Assembly: GCA_007376185.1 (NCBI GenBank)
Contig: VMFS01000001.1
Span: forward strand, 10,768 to 74,767
Source of the DNA: Parcubacteria group bacterium Gr01-1014_30
GTDB taxonomy: Bacteria; Patescibacteriota; Minisyncoccia; Minisyncoccales; 2-12-FULL-40-12
Reading direction: 5' to 3'
Length of the DNA stretch: 64,000 nucleotides
The position numbers were made by a program, and so were the translations under genes. Below, piece after piece: positions 25,154-32,990 of this stretch. Within the stretch, counting starts at the first letter, position 1; each line of letters begins with the position of its first letter. A model generated the notes under the pieces. It did no database searches. It was not told the DNA's origin and was given only the letters and a program-made list of their open reading frames with translations.

Positions 25154-27295
25154 TTACTCAAGATGCACTCTTTCCCTAAACTCTCTTAACCTCTCCCTTA
25201 ATAAGGGGTATTTTTCTAATTCCGGGTCCAAGTGCAAAATGTCTTTTGCTTCGTTTCTCGCTTTCTCAACCAAAGAAACGTCAGCTAAGGAAGCCATTGC
25301 CAAATCTGGCAGACCCCACTGCCTCTGCCCGGAAAAGTCGCCAGGTCCCCTTATCTTCAGATCCTTTTCAGCCAACTCAAACCCGCTGTCTGAAGACACT
25401 AAAGCGCGCAAACGCCTATTGGTGATTAAGCCCGGTGATTCGGTAAACAAAAAACACCAGGACTGCTCTTGCCCTCTCCCAACCCTGCCGCGAAACTGGT
25501 GAAGCTGGGCCAAGCCGAACTTCTCCGCTCCCTCAATAAGCATTATGGTGGCGTTGGGTATGTCAACTCCAACCTCAACCACCGACGTTGCCACGAGCAC
25601 GTCTATTTCCCCTTCTTTGAAGTTCTGCATAACTTGTTCTTTTTCTTTTGTTTTCATTTTGCCGTGAAGCATGCCGACTTTCAGGTCGGGAAAAACGTCT
25701 TTGGAGAGCTTCTCATACTCTTGTTTCACCGCTTTTACGTCCAACCAACTGAACTGCCTTTGACTAACCTGCCCGTTTAATTGGCCATTAGAAGTTTTGG
25801 AGGGTTCAATTCTCGGGCATATCACAAAGACCTGCCTTCCTGCCTTTACTTTTTCTCTTATAAACTCGTAGGTCTCTCTTTTTTCTTGCGGTTTCACTAT
25901 TTTTGTGATTACTTTTTTCCTGCCCTCGGGCATTTCATCAAGCAGAGACAAGTCAAGGTCGCCAAAAACCGTCAAAGACAAAGTGCGCGGTATGGGGGTT
26001 GCGGTCATAGAAAGCAGGTGCGGAATGAGTTTTGCTTGCCCGCCGTAGCCTCGGCAGAGGCGGGCCCTTTGCTCTACTCCGAAGCGGTGCTGTTCGTCCA
26101 CAACCACAAGGGCAAGATTCGGAAACTTCACCCCTTCCTGAATCAAAGCATGCGTTCCTACGGTAACGTCGGCTTCTTCTTTGATTTTTTTCTTGCCAGT
26201 CATAAGACCTACTTTTATATCAAACACGGCTAGCAGTCTGTCAAAAGTGTCGTAATGTTGGTTTGCCAAAATTTCAGTTGGCGCCATAAACGCGGTTTGA
26301 AAGCCGGCTTTGACGACATTCAAAATTGCAATTGCCGCAACCACGGTTTTACCGGAACCCACGTCACCCTCCAGCAAACGGTTCATGGGTCTTGGTTTTT
26401 CCAAGTCCTTTAAAATCTGCCAAGCGGCTTTCTTTTGAGCTGAAGTTAACTTAAAAGGCAATCCTCCTACAAACTCTTTAATCACTCCCAAATTAAGCGG
26501 TACGGCCTGGGCTTTTTCTTTCGCAAGTTTCAGTCGTTCTCGCAAAACAAAAATAGATAGTTCAAACAACTCTTCAAAAGCGAAGCGTTTTTTAGCTTCT
26601 TGCGAGGACTCAAGATTGTCGGGGAAATGAATCTGCCACAAGGCCTGGTTAAGAGGCAAAAAATCAAACTTTTGTCTTATTGTTTGGGGCAAGGGATCTG
26701 GCAACTTGTCTTTTATTTCCAAAAGCACGGGTTTTACTATAAATCTCAGCCACTTTGACGACAGTCCTTCGGTTTCCGGATAAACAGGAATGAGACGTCC
26801 TGTATGCGTTAAGTTGGAATTTGGAATTTGGAGTTTGTTTAGAACTTCGGATTTAGGATTTCGGATTTTCTCATAAGCCGGGCCTGATAAATACATAGCC
26901 CTTCCTTTTTTGGTCACTTTGCCAGCCAAACAAACGTAGTCGCCCTTTTTGAAAGTGCTAATTAAATACGGCTGGTTGAACCAAATTGCTTTTAAAGTTC
27001 CGGTTTGGTCTTTTAAGGTCGCTTGGGTCAAAACCATTCTTTTCCTGAAAGTCCTTATGTTTTTTAGGTCGGTGATTTCGCCCTGAAAACAAAAAGGCTT
27101 GCCCGAGGAAGCTTCAGCGAAGGCGGGGCCGCCTTCTTCAATGTGAGCTATCGGAATAAGATTTGAGAAGTCCTCGTAGCGGTGAGGAAAGTGAAAAATA
27201 ATGTCGCGCACCGTTTTGATGCCCAAGCGCTTTAGCCGTTTTTGATACCAGGGCCCAACTCGCGGCACTTTTTCAACGGGAGTTGAGAGTTCCAT
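25154..27295 (-). CDS. recG: ATP-dependent DNA helicase RecG
   Basis: 713 aa. Wedge domain, Walker A GDVGSGKT, DEQHRFG, TATPIPRT, QLHQFRGRVGRG. Confidence 0.95.
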   Translation of the reverse strand: MELSTPVEKVPRVGPWYQKRLKRLGIKTVRDIIFHFPHRYEDFSNLIPIAHIEEGGPAFAEASSGKPFCFQGEITDLKNIRTFRKRMVLTQATLKDQTGTLKAIWFNQPYLISTFKKGDYVCLAGKVTKKGRAMYLSGPAYEKIRNPKSEVLNKLQIPNSNLTHTGRLIPVYPETEGLSSKWLRFIVKPVLLEIKDKLPDPLPQTIRQKFDFLPLNQALWQIHFPDNLESSQEAKKRFAFEELFELSIFVLRERLKLAKEKAQAVPLNLGVIKEFVGGLPFKLTSAQKKAAWQILKDLEKPRPMNRLLEGDVGSGKTVVAAIAILNVVKAGFQTAFMAPTEILANQHYDTFDRLLAVFDIKVGLMTGKKKIKEEADVTVGTHALIQEGVKFPNLALVVVDEQHRFGVEQRARLCRGYGGQAKLIPHLLSMTATPIPRTLSLTVFGDLDLSLLDEMPEGRKKVITKIVKPQEKRETYEFIREKVKAGRQVFVICPRIEPSKTSNGQLNGQVSQRQFSWLDVKAVKQEYEKLSKDVFPDLKVGMLHGKMKTKEKEQVMQNFKEGEIDVLVATSVVEVGVDIPNATIMLIEGAEKFGLAQLHQFRGRVGRGQEQSWCFLFTESPGLITNRRLRALVSSDSGFELAEKDLKIRGPGDFSGQRQWGLPDLAMASLADVSLVEKARNEAKDILHLDPELEKYPLLRERLREFRERVHLE

Positions 27296-27305
27296 AATGC
27301 TTGAA

Positions 27306-28145
27306 CTAAGTAGAATGCCAAATAAGCTCTAAAATGTCTTGCAAGTTCTGCTCTTCAATAAACTCTGAGCGGTCATCTCTGTTATGGTAATGTTTCATAA
27401 TTTTCGGAACTTTGCCTCTGCCCAATAGGTTATACCTTAAAAGTTCAAAGGCAAATCGCAGTTTAGCTTTACCTCTAAAGAGTGGCTCTAAAAAAGGCGT
27501 GTCTTCTTTGGGAAAGGTAGTTAAAGAAACGGCCTGCTCAAAACCAGCTTCAATAAAAGAATGGTGGTCTGAAACGAAGCCGCGTTCAACTGGAAAACTG
27601 ATTAGCGGTATTCTGCTCAAAGGCAAGTGGATAACGGAAAATCCTAAATTTTCAGCAATCTGCGATACCGGCTTCAACCGACCCGTCTTTGTGCTTGGCC
27701 AAAACAACAGCATGCGCCCCATACCCACGCCTTCCAAATTGTAAACTTTTTCCAAATCAGCTATGCCAAACTCTTTCACGTACACTTTTGACCCGCCACG
27801 AACGGCCCAGCCGTCTTCCAAATCAAAGAAAATAAATCTAAGCTGAGCGTTTTTTGGTCTTTGCAACAAACGTTCCAAAAAGCCCAAAAGCACAGAGACG
27901 CCTGAAGCGTTATCGTTGGCTCCCGGCGTCCTGAACCAAGCGTTATAATGGGCAGTCAAAAGAGTTCTTTTGCCGCCGTAGCTTTTGTTAAAAGGATAAT
28001 CAACAATAATGTTTTGTCCTCTTGCCAATAGCGTTTTAAACTGCTGAACAGAAAAAGGGATGTTTCTTTGCTGAAAAAAACTTTTGATATACTCTCCTTT
28101 TTGCTGGTTATTTCTAGCCTCCAGCTCTTGTATGTACTTGTTCAT
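27306..28145 (-). CDS. M28-family metallopeptidase
   Basis: TAHYNAWFRTPGANDNASGVSVLL and FFDLEDG motifs. Confidence 0.8.
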   Translation of the reverse strand: MNKYIQELEARNNQQKGEYIKSFFQQRNIPFSVQQFKTLLARGQNIIVDYPFNKSYGGKRTLLTAHYNAWFRTPGANDNASGVSVLLGFLERLLQRPKNAQLRFIFFDLEDGWAVRGGSKVYVKEFGIADLEKVYNLEGVGMGRMLLFWPSTKTGRLKPVSQIAENLGFSVIHLPLSRIPLISFPVERGFVSDHHSFIEAGFEQAVSLTTFPKEDTPFLEPLFRGKAKLRFAFELLRYNLLGRGKVPKIMKHYHNRDDRSEFIEEQNLQDILELIWHST

Positions 28146-28237
28146 CTCTAGCCCGTGTATCTCTCTCTAAAGTACTATAAATTTTCTCAAAAATCAACTC
28201 GACTACAGTGATTGAATCTTGACCTCAGCAAGAATAG

Positions 28238-28276
28238 TAATATACTAATAAATAAGCATATGCATAATTATTAGTA
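28238..28276. promoter_or_regulatory. Operator-like near-palindrome, copy 1 (upstream of the PaaX-like gene)
   Basis: TAATATACTAATAAATAAGCATATGCATAATTATTAGTA. Within it, 28243-28276 is a 34-nt near-palindrome centred on CATATG. Confidence 0.5.
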
Positions 28277-28283
28277 CAAGCTA

Positions 28284-28850
28284 ATGCGAAAGGTTACGAA
28301 AATAAAAATAAAATACTATTCTAAGGAAACCTTAAAATATTTGCTTTTAGCGGGAGTAATTTACATTGCAGCTTCTAATCCACACTTTTCTTTGAGGATA
28401 GCTAAAAATCTCTCAAAGATACGCAAAGATTTATCCAAAGAGAAAGCGCGTAGATCATTTAACTACTTAAAGAACAGGGGGCTGGTTGAAATAAAAAAAG
28501 ATGGCCATGATGTTATTATTGCCTTGACCAAAGAAGGAAAAAAGATGGCCGGGAAGTATCAAATAAACGATTTGGAAATTGAAAGGCCAAAAAAGTGGGA
28601 CGGAAGGTATAGATTGGTCATTTTCGATATTCCCAATAGCACGGGATTTATTCGCAACGTTTTAAGAAGGAAGTTAAAGGAGTGGGGATTCTACTTTCTT
28701 CAAAGGAGTGTTTGGGTTCACGCGTTTGACTGTAAGGAGGAAGTAAAATTGCTTAAGGAATTTCTTGGATTAAGTAAAAAACAGGTTCAGTTTTTGGAAG
28801 TTAGCAGAATAGAAGACGATACTTACCTAAGAAAGTTCTTCAATCTCTAA
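28284..28850 (+). CDS. PaaX-like / Cas2-fold transcriptional regulator (putative)
   Basis: 188 aa. wHTH-like SFNYLKNRGLVEIKKDG, then WDGRYRLVIFDIPNSTGFIRNVLRRKLKEWGFYFLQRSVWVH, which matches the PaaX C-terminal pattern. Confidence 0.5.
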   Translation: MRKVTKIKIKYYSKETLKYLLLAGVIYIAASNPHFSLRIAKNLSKIRKDLSKEKARRSFNYLKNRGLVEIKKDGHDVIIALTKEGKKMAGKYQINDLEIERPKKWDGRYRLVIFDIPNSTGFIRNVLRRKLKEWGFYFLQRSVWVHAFDCKEEVKLLKEFLGLSKKQVQFLEVSRIEDDTYLRKFFNL

Positions 28851-28886
28851 TATACTAATAAATATGCATATGGACAATCATTGGTA
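28848..28886. promoter_or_regulatory. Operator-like repeat, copy 2 (upstream of the 28958 operon)
   Basis: TAATATACTAATAAATATGCATATGGACAATCATTGGTA. The first 17 nt are identical to copy 1. It begins at the regulator stop codon. Confidence 0.5.
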
Positions 28887-28922
28887 TATAACCTGCTTAA
28901 CGAGGTGGTGCCTGATTGCATG

Positions 28923-28951
28923 TTCATATTTGTTAAAAATTTTAGTATAAT
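28923..28951 (+). promoter_or_regulatory. Promoter giving a leaderless 28958 mRNA
   Basis: TTCATA, 17 nt, TATAAT (28946-28951). The A of the ATG lies 7 nt downstream. Confidence 0.4.
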
Positions 28952-28957
28952 GCGCCA

Positions 28958-29566
28958 ATGGCTAGAGAATGGAAAAACGCTATCTTGGCAGGTTTTGTAA
29001 TTTTCTTGTTTTCGGCTGCCTGGCTTTACTTAAGACGTTGGGGTGCGCCTTTGAGCGAGGTTTACGTTAAGCTTTCTTTTTCGGGGGTTGCCGTCTCGGG
29101 AACCGCTCTAATTGCCATGGCTTATCTTTTTGGTTCTATGGCGCATTTCTGGCCAGAGACATGGGAGGCAAAAAAGGGGCTCCGCAAGTACTACGGGCTT
29201 TTCGGGTTTTATTTGATTGTGCTTCATTCAACGTGGGGATTTTTATATCTGTACCCATCGTTTGTCGACTTGCCCTTTATTCTTGGTATTTTGGCGTTTC
29301 TTGTCTTTTCGGTCGTGGCCTTTGCTTCTTTATCATTCGTTGCCGAAAGAATGGCGACTTCTGTCTGGCTTTTTGTTCAACGATTGGGGTACTTGGCGCT
29401 TTTGCTGGCCACTGTGCACTTCGCTCTCCTTAAATGGAGGGGATGGCTGGCCTTTTCAAGCTGGCCTTATTTTCTGCCGCCTTTGTCTTTGCTGCTCTTT
29501 ATTTTTGTGACGTTTGTTTTTATAATGAGAATACTTACATGGATACAGGGAAGCAAAAAATCTTAA
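28958..29566 (+). CDS. Six-TM ferric-reductase/MsrQ-like membrane protein (tentative)
   Basis: 202 aa with conserved-looking His residues in TM helices (YLIVLHSTWGF; LLATVHFALLKW). Confidence 0.4.
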   Translation: MAREWKNAILAGFVIFLFSAAWLYLRRWGAPLSEVYVKLSFSGVAVSGTALIAMAYLFGSMAHFWPETWEAKKGLRKYYGLFGFYLIVLHSTWGFLYLYPSFVDLPFILGILAFLVFSVVAFASLSFVAERMATSVWLFVQRLGYLALLLATVHFALLKWRGWLAFSSWPYFLPPLSLLLFIFVTFVFIMRILTWIQGSKKS

Positions 29567-30243
29567 TAGTGTTTTACAGTTTGGGGGGCAGTTTGGCGAA
29601 AGTGGCAAAGGAAATCGCCAAAGGGGCAAAAGAGGTTGAAGGCACTGAAGTTGAAATAAAAAGAGTGAAAGAGCTGGTGGCAGATGAGGTTTTTGAAAAA
29701 AACCCGAGAATGAAACGGGATAAAGAAATGCTTGAAAAGGAATTTGAAGAAGCCGCGGTTGAGGACTTGATTGAGGCCGACGGCGTTGCCATTGGCACGC
29801 CCGTGCACTTTGGCTCTTTCGCCTCTCAAATAAAGCAGTATTTAGATCAGCTCTCGCCCGTGTGGCTTGAAGGAAAGCTGGTCAACAAGCCGGTTTCGGT
29901 TTTTTGCGCTTCGGGCTCCCTGCACGGGGGAGAAGAAGTGGCTCTTTTTTCCTTGTTGTCGCCGCTCATTAACTTTGGTATGATACCAGTTGGCATACCA
30001 TACCCTATACAAGGAGAAGGCCCCGAGTTTGACGCCGGCTCCCCTTTTGGTGTGGTTTACGTTACGGGCCACGGGAAAAACAGAAAAGAGTTTTCCGAAT
30101 CCGACAAAAAAGTTGCCAGAATCCTGGGAAATCGTTTGGCCACCATGACCAAAATAATCAAGTGCGGCTGTGACAGCTGCAAGGTCTGCCGCTCAATGGC
30201 TCAACTGCCGAGTTCCGCGTCAGCGAAGCGAGGCGCTCACTAA
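29539..30243 (+). CDS. WrbA-type flavodoxin-like NAD(P)H:quinone oxidoreductase
   Basis: Start reset to MDTGKQKILIVFYSLGGSLAKVAKEIAKGA. Also GTPVHFGSFASQIKQYLD. Unusual Cys-rich tail (IKCGCDSCKVCRS) runs into a repeat element. Confidence 0.75.
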   Translation: MDTGKQKILIVFYSLGGSLAKVAKEIAKGAKEVEGTEVEIKRVKELVADEVFEKNPRMKRDKEMLEKEFEEAAVEDLIEADGVAIGTPVHFGSFASQIKQYLDQLSPVWLEGKLVNKPVSVFCASGSLHGGEEVALFSLLSPLINFGMIPVGIPYPIQGEGPEFDAGSPFGVVYVTGHGKNRKEFSESDKKVARILGNRLATMTKIIKCGCDSCKVCRSMAQLPSSASAKRGAH

Positions 30244-30315
30244 GCTACGCTCAGCTCGCACCCGTCGCTTCGTTTGGGCGTGAGAGGAACGCAAAGCGTT
30301 CAGCGAACGGCGCAC
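30215..30315. repeat. Structured GC-rich dispersed element (AGCGAAGCGAGGCG ... GGGCGTGAGAGGAACG..GTTCAGCGAACGGCG)
   Basis: Exact 14-mer AGCGAAGCGAGGCG is also at 10925-10938. Exact 15-mer GTTCAGCGAACGGCG is also at 21189-21203. The GGGCGTGAGAGGAACG..AAG..TTCAGCGAAC block is also at 49168-49196. Confidence 0.55.
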
Positions 30316-30319
30316 TGAA

Positions 30320-31042
30320 ATGCCGGAAAAAGCTAGGTTCAAAAGAATACTGCTTAAGTTGTCGGGCGAAACCTTGGGAGGGCGGGGAGGTTTTGGTCTT
30401 GACGTAAAAGCGGCTGAATACATAGCCGGAGAAATTAAGTCATCGAGCGACCTCGGCTGCCAAACTGCAGTTGTCATCGGCGGAGGAAACTTTGTTAGAG
30501 GAGAAAAATTATCCCACTTTGGCGTTGACCGCTCAACAGCAGATTACATGGGCATGCTTGGAACCGTGATTAACGGCTTGGCTTTGCAGAGCATACTTGA
30601 AAAAAAATTCGGCTTGGCAACGAGAGTCATGACGTCTTTTGAGATGAAAGCGGTGGCTGAACCATTCTTTCGCCGTAGGGCCTTGAGGCACCTTGAAAAA
30701 GGTAGAGTTGTAATTTTTGCCGGAGGCACGGGAAGCCCTTATTTTTCCACGGACACGGCAGCTGCGCTCCGCGCCTCGGAAATAGAATCTAAAGTTATTT
30801 TGAAAGCCACCAAAGTAAGAGGAGTTTACGAGAGCGACCCTAAAACCAACAAAAACGCCAAGTTCCTGCCGTCTATCTCCCACCTTGATATGGTAAAAAT
30901 GGGGCTAAAAGTAATGGATTTGACCGCCTTGACCTTAGCTATGTACAACAAAATTCCGGTAATTGTGTTTGACGTTTTTAAAAAGGGAAATTTGGTAAAA
31001 CTTCTGCTTGGACAAAAAATTGGAACTGAGATACGAGGGTAA
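30320..31042 (+). CDS. pyrH: UMP kinase
   Basis: RILLKLSGETLGG, VVIGGGNFVRG, GTGSPYFSTDTAAALRA. Confidence 0.95.
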   Translation: MPEKARFKRILLKLSGETLGGRGGFGLDVKAAEYIAGEIKSSSDLGCQTAVVIGGGNFVRGEKLSHFGVDRSTADYMGMLGTVINGLALQSILEKKFGLATRVMTSFEMKAVAEPFFRRRALRHLEKGRVVIFAGGTGSPYFSTDTAAALRASEIESKVILKATKVRGVYESDPKTNKNAKFLPSISHLDMVKMGLKVMDLTALTLAMYNKIPVIVFDVFKKGNLVKLLLGQKIGTEIRG

Positions 31043-31070
31043 TTGTGAATATCCTGTGGACAAAGCGCGG

Positions 31071-31097
31071 TTGACAAACTTTTGGCGGTTGTATAAT
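31071..31097 (+). promoter_or_regulatory. Near-consensus promoter of the orphan RNA
   Basis: TTGACA (31071-31076), 15-nt spacer, TATAAT (31092-31097). Confidence 0.6.
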
Positions 31098-31103
31098 CTA
31101 ATA

Positions 31104-31266
31104 GCCGAGGGGGTGCGGGATTTATTCCTTAAGGACACGGGACTCGGAGAAAGAGGTTAGATGTAGCTGTCTGGATAGGTCCAACTCCAGGGAATTCCAA
31201 ATTAACCGAATTCAGCGAGACCGCCCCCTCTTCAAAAAACCCGGTCGGCTTGCGTCCGGGTTTTTT
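31104..31266 (+). ncRNA. Unclassified structured RNA candidate (about 160 nt)
   Basis: Lies between a consensus promoter and an intrinsic terminator, with no ORF. The closing stem GAGGGGGUG / CCGCCCCCUC encloses the hairpin CUGGA-UAGGUCCAAC-UCCAG. Confidence 0.4.
31240..31266 (+). terminator. Rho-independent terminator
   Basis: CCCGGTCGGCTTGCGTCCGGG stem-loop preceded by A6 and followed by T6. Confidence 0.7.
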
Positions 31267-31280
31267 GATTAACGAACTTA

Positions 31281-31289
31281 TGGTAAAAT
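31281..31289 (+). promoter_or_regulatory. Extended -10 element giving a leaderless 31296 mRNA
   Basis: TGgTAAAAT. The A of the ATG (31296) lies 7 nt after the hexamer. No SD. Confidence 0.45.
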
Positions 31290-31295
31290 AAAAAC

Positions 31296-31865
31296 ATGAA
31301 AAGGGGAGAAAACTTTGAAATAGTCGTTTCAGGTGCGGCTCATATGACGCACTGCTGTTCAGGCATTAAAGAACTGTCTAAGGAAGTGGGGCGAGAAGTT
31401 GCTCGCCAGGGCTGCAACTTGGTTACCGGCGCCACCACTGGAGTCCCTTACTACGCGGCTCAGGGATGCAAGAGTGAGGGCGGTTTTTCCATTGGTTTTT
31501 CTCCAGCTTCCTCCGAAAAGGAACACTTAAAAACATACCGCCTGCCTTTGGACGCTTTTGATGTTATGATTTACACGGGCGCCGACTATGTGGGCCGCAA
31601 CGTTCTTATGACAAAATCGGCCGACGGCGTAATAATAGTTTGCGGCAGAATAGGCACTCTGCACGAATTTGCCACGGCCTTTGAGATTCAAAAGCCCATT
31701 GCGGTTTTAGAGGGCTCTGGCGGCACCGCCGACAAAATAAGGCAGCTTGCTTTGGGGCCTCACCGCGGCTTCACGAAAATTATTTACGAAAGAAGCCCAA
31801 AAGAACTGGTTAAAAAACTTATAGCCTTGGTTAAGGCAGAGAAAAAGAACAACCACAAGGTATAA
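31296..31865 (+). CDS. TIGR00725/LOG-like (SLOG) Rossmann-fold protein
   Basis: 189 aa. GATTGVPYYAAQG and IVCGRIGTLHEFATAFE (GGxGTxxE-like). Confidence 0.7.
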   Translation: MKRGENFEIVVSGAAHMTHCCSGIKELSKEVGREVARQGCNLVTGATTGVPYYAAQGCKSEGGFSIGFSPASSEKEHLKTYRLPLDAFDVMIYTGADYVGRNVLMTKSADGVIIVCGRIGTLHEFATAFEIQKPIAVLEGSGGTADKIRQLALGPHRGFTKIIYERSPKELVKKLIALVKAEKKNNHKV

Positions 31866-31896
31866 AAAGGTCGGAGCATTACAAAACTAACCAAAC

Positions 31897-32166
31897 ATGG
31901 CGCAAAAAACTCCTTTGTCGGAAGGGAAACCAATCGGCAAAGTAAGCCACTATTTTTCCAACATAGCCGTTGCCGTTATTGATTTGACTGGCGGCCTTAA
32001 TATTGGTGATACCATTAGATTCGTCGGCGGGGAAACCGATTTTTCACAGGAGATCTCGTCAATGGAGATTGATCACAAAAAAGTTGAAAAAGCCAAATCT
32101 GGCGACTCGGTCGGAACGAAGGTTGAACAGAAAGTCCGTGAAGGATACAAAGTTTATAAACTCTAA
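31897..32166 (+). CDS. Small EF-Tu domain-2-like beta-barrel protein
   Basis: 89 aa. IGKVSHYFSNIAVAVIDLTGGLNIGDTIRF...KAKSGDSVGTKV resembles translation-factor domain II. Confidence 0.45.
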   Translation: MAQKTPLSEGKPIGKVSHYFSNIAVAVIDLTGGLNIGDTIRFVGGETDFSQEISSMEIDHKKVEKAKSGDSVGTKVEQKVREGYKVYKL

Positions 32167-32207
32167 ACTATAAACCGTAAACTCTAAACCCTAAACTCTA
32201 AGCTTTT

Positions 32208-32633
32208 ATGGAGATTTTTATTCAGTTGCTTTTGGCCGCTCTTTTGGGTGGATTTATCGGCCTGGAAAGAGAATACAAGAAGAAGGAGGCCGGCCTCAGA
32301 ACCTATTCTTTGGTTGCTTTGGGAGCTTGTTTTTTTGTAATAGTCGCCTTCGAAAGTTTCAACGTTTTTAAAAATGAGGCGGCAGTGGATTTTGATCCTA
32401 CTCGCATAATCGGCCAAATTGCCGTGGGGATAGGTTTTCTGGGAGCGGGACTGATTATTTTCCGCGGTTTCCACGTTGAGGGCTTAACGACGGCCGCGGG
32501 CCTATGGGTGACGGCAGCAGTCGGAGTTGCCGTTGGAGCGAAGCTCTATTTGCCCTCGGTCTTTGTTGCTCTGTTGGCCGTTATTGTCCTAGCCGGCCTG
32601 CGGTTTGCCGAAGAAAAATTTTTTAGAAAGTAA
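32208..32633 (+). CDS. MgtC/SapB family membrane protein
   Basis: LLAALLGGFIGLEREYKKKEAGLRTYSLVALGA signature. Confidence 0.85.
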   Translation: MEIFIQLLLAALLGGFIGLEREYKKKEAGLRTYSLVALGACFFVIVAFESFNVFKNEAAVDFDPTRIIGQIAVGIGFLGAGLIIFRGFHVEGLTTAAGLWVTAAVGVAVGAKLYLPSVFVALLAVIVLAGLRFAEEKFFRK

Positions 32634-32917
32634 TGGAAAAAGCCAAGGCGCACATTTTTGTTTCTGGAAGTGTACAAGGCGTTCTTTTTCGCGACAGCGC
32701 CAGGAGAAAAGCCCGGAAGCTTAAGGTAAAGGGCTGGGTTAGGAACTTGCCAGACGGCAGAGTGGAGATAATTGCTGAAGGAGAAAAAGACAGAGTTGAA
32801 CAAATGATTAATTGGGCAAGAACAGGCACAATTTTAGCAAGGGTTGACAATGTTGACTTTGAGTTTGAGGAATATAAAGGAGAGTTTGACGACTTTGAAA
32901 TAAGGTATGCCCCGTAA
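32633..32917 (+). CDS. acyP: Acylphosphatase
   Basis: VSGSVQGVLFRDSARRKARKLKVKGWVRNLPDGRVEI. Confidence 0.9.
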   Translation: MEKAKAHIFVSGSVQGVLFRDSARRKARKLKVKGWVRNLPDGRVEIIAEGEKDRVEQMINWARTGTILARVDNVDFEFEEYKGEFDDFEIRYAP

Positions 32918-32989
32918 TACAACTTCCAGTGCGTTTTTCCAAAGAGAAACACAAAACCGCCGGAGGCGACTGGAAGATGATATACGGGG
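32910..32989 (+). repeat. Hairpin element, copy 1 (CCCCGTAATACAACTTCCAG ... GCGACTGGAAGATGATATACGGGG)
   Basis: The termini are identical to the reverse complement of 34891-34960; the interior differs. Confidence 0.7.
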
Positions 32990-32990
32990 T

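Noticed and set aside
31104-31266. Possible TPP riboswitch (GGGGUGC...CUGUCUGGAUAGGUCCAACUCCAGGGAA) or yybP-ykoY Mn riboswitch (..AGCGAGACC 3' half).
   Set aside because: The invariant CUGAGA/ACCC of the THI element and the GGGGAGUA L1 motif of yybP-ykoY are absent. The downstream gene is unrelated to thiamine or Mn and has its own promoter. The RNA is kept as unclassified.
32167-32207. CTAAAC-type direct repeats (CTCTAAACTATAAACCGTAAACTCTAAACCCTAAACTCTAAG), resembling telomere or satellite sequence.
   Set aside because: There are only about 5 degenerate units in a 40-nt spacer. It is most simply another low-complexity intergenic filler, with no further evidence.
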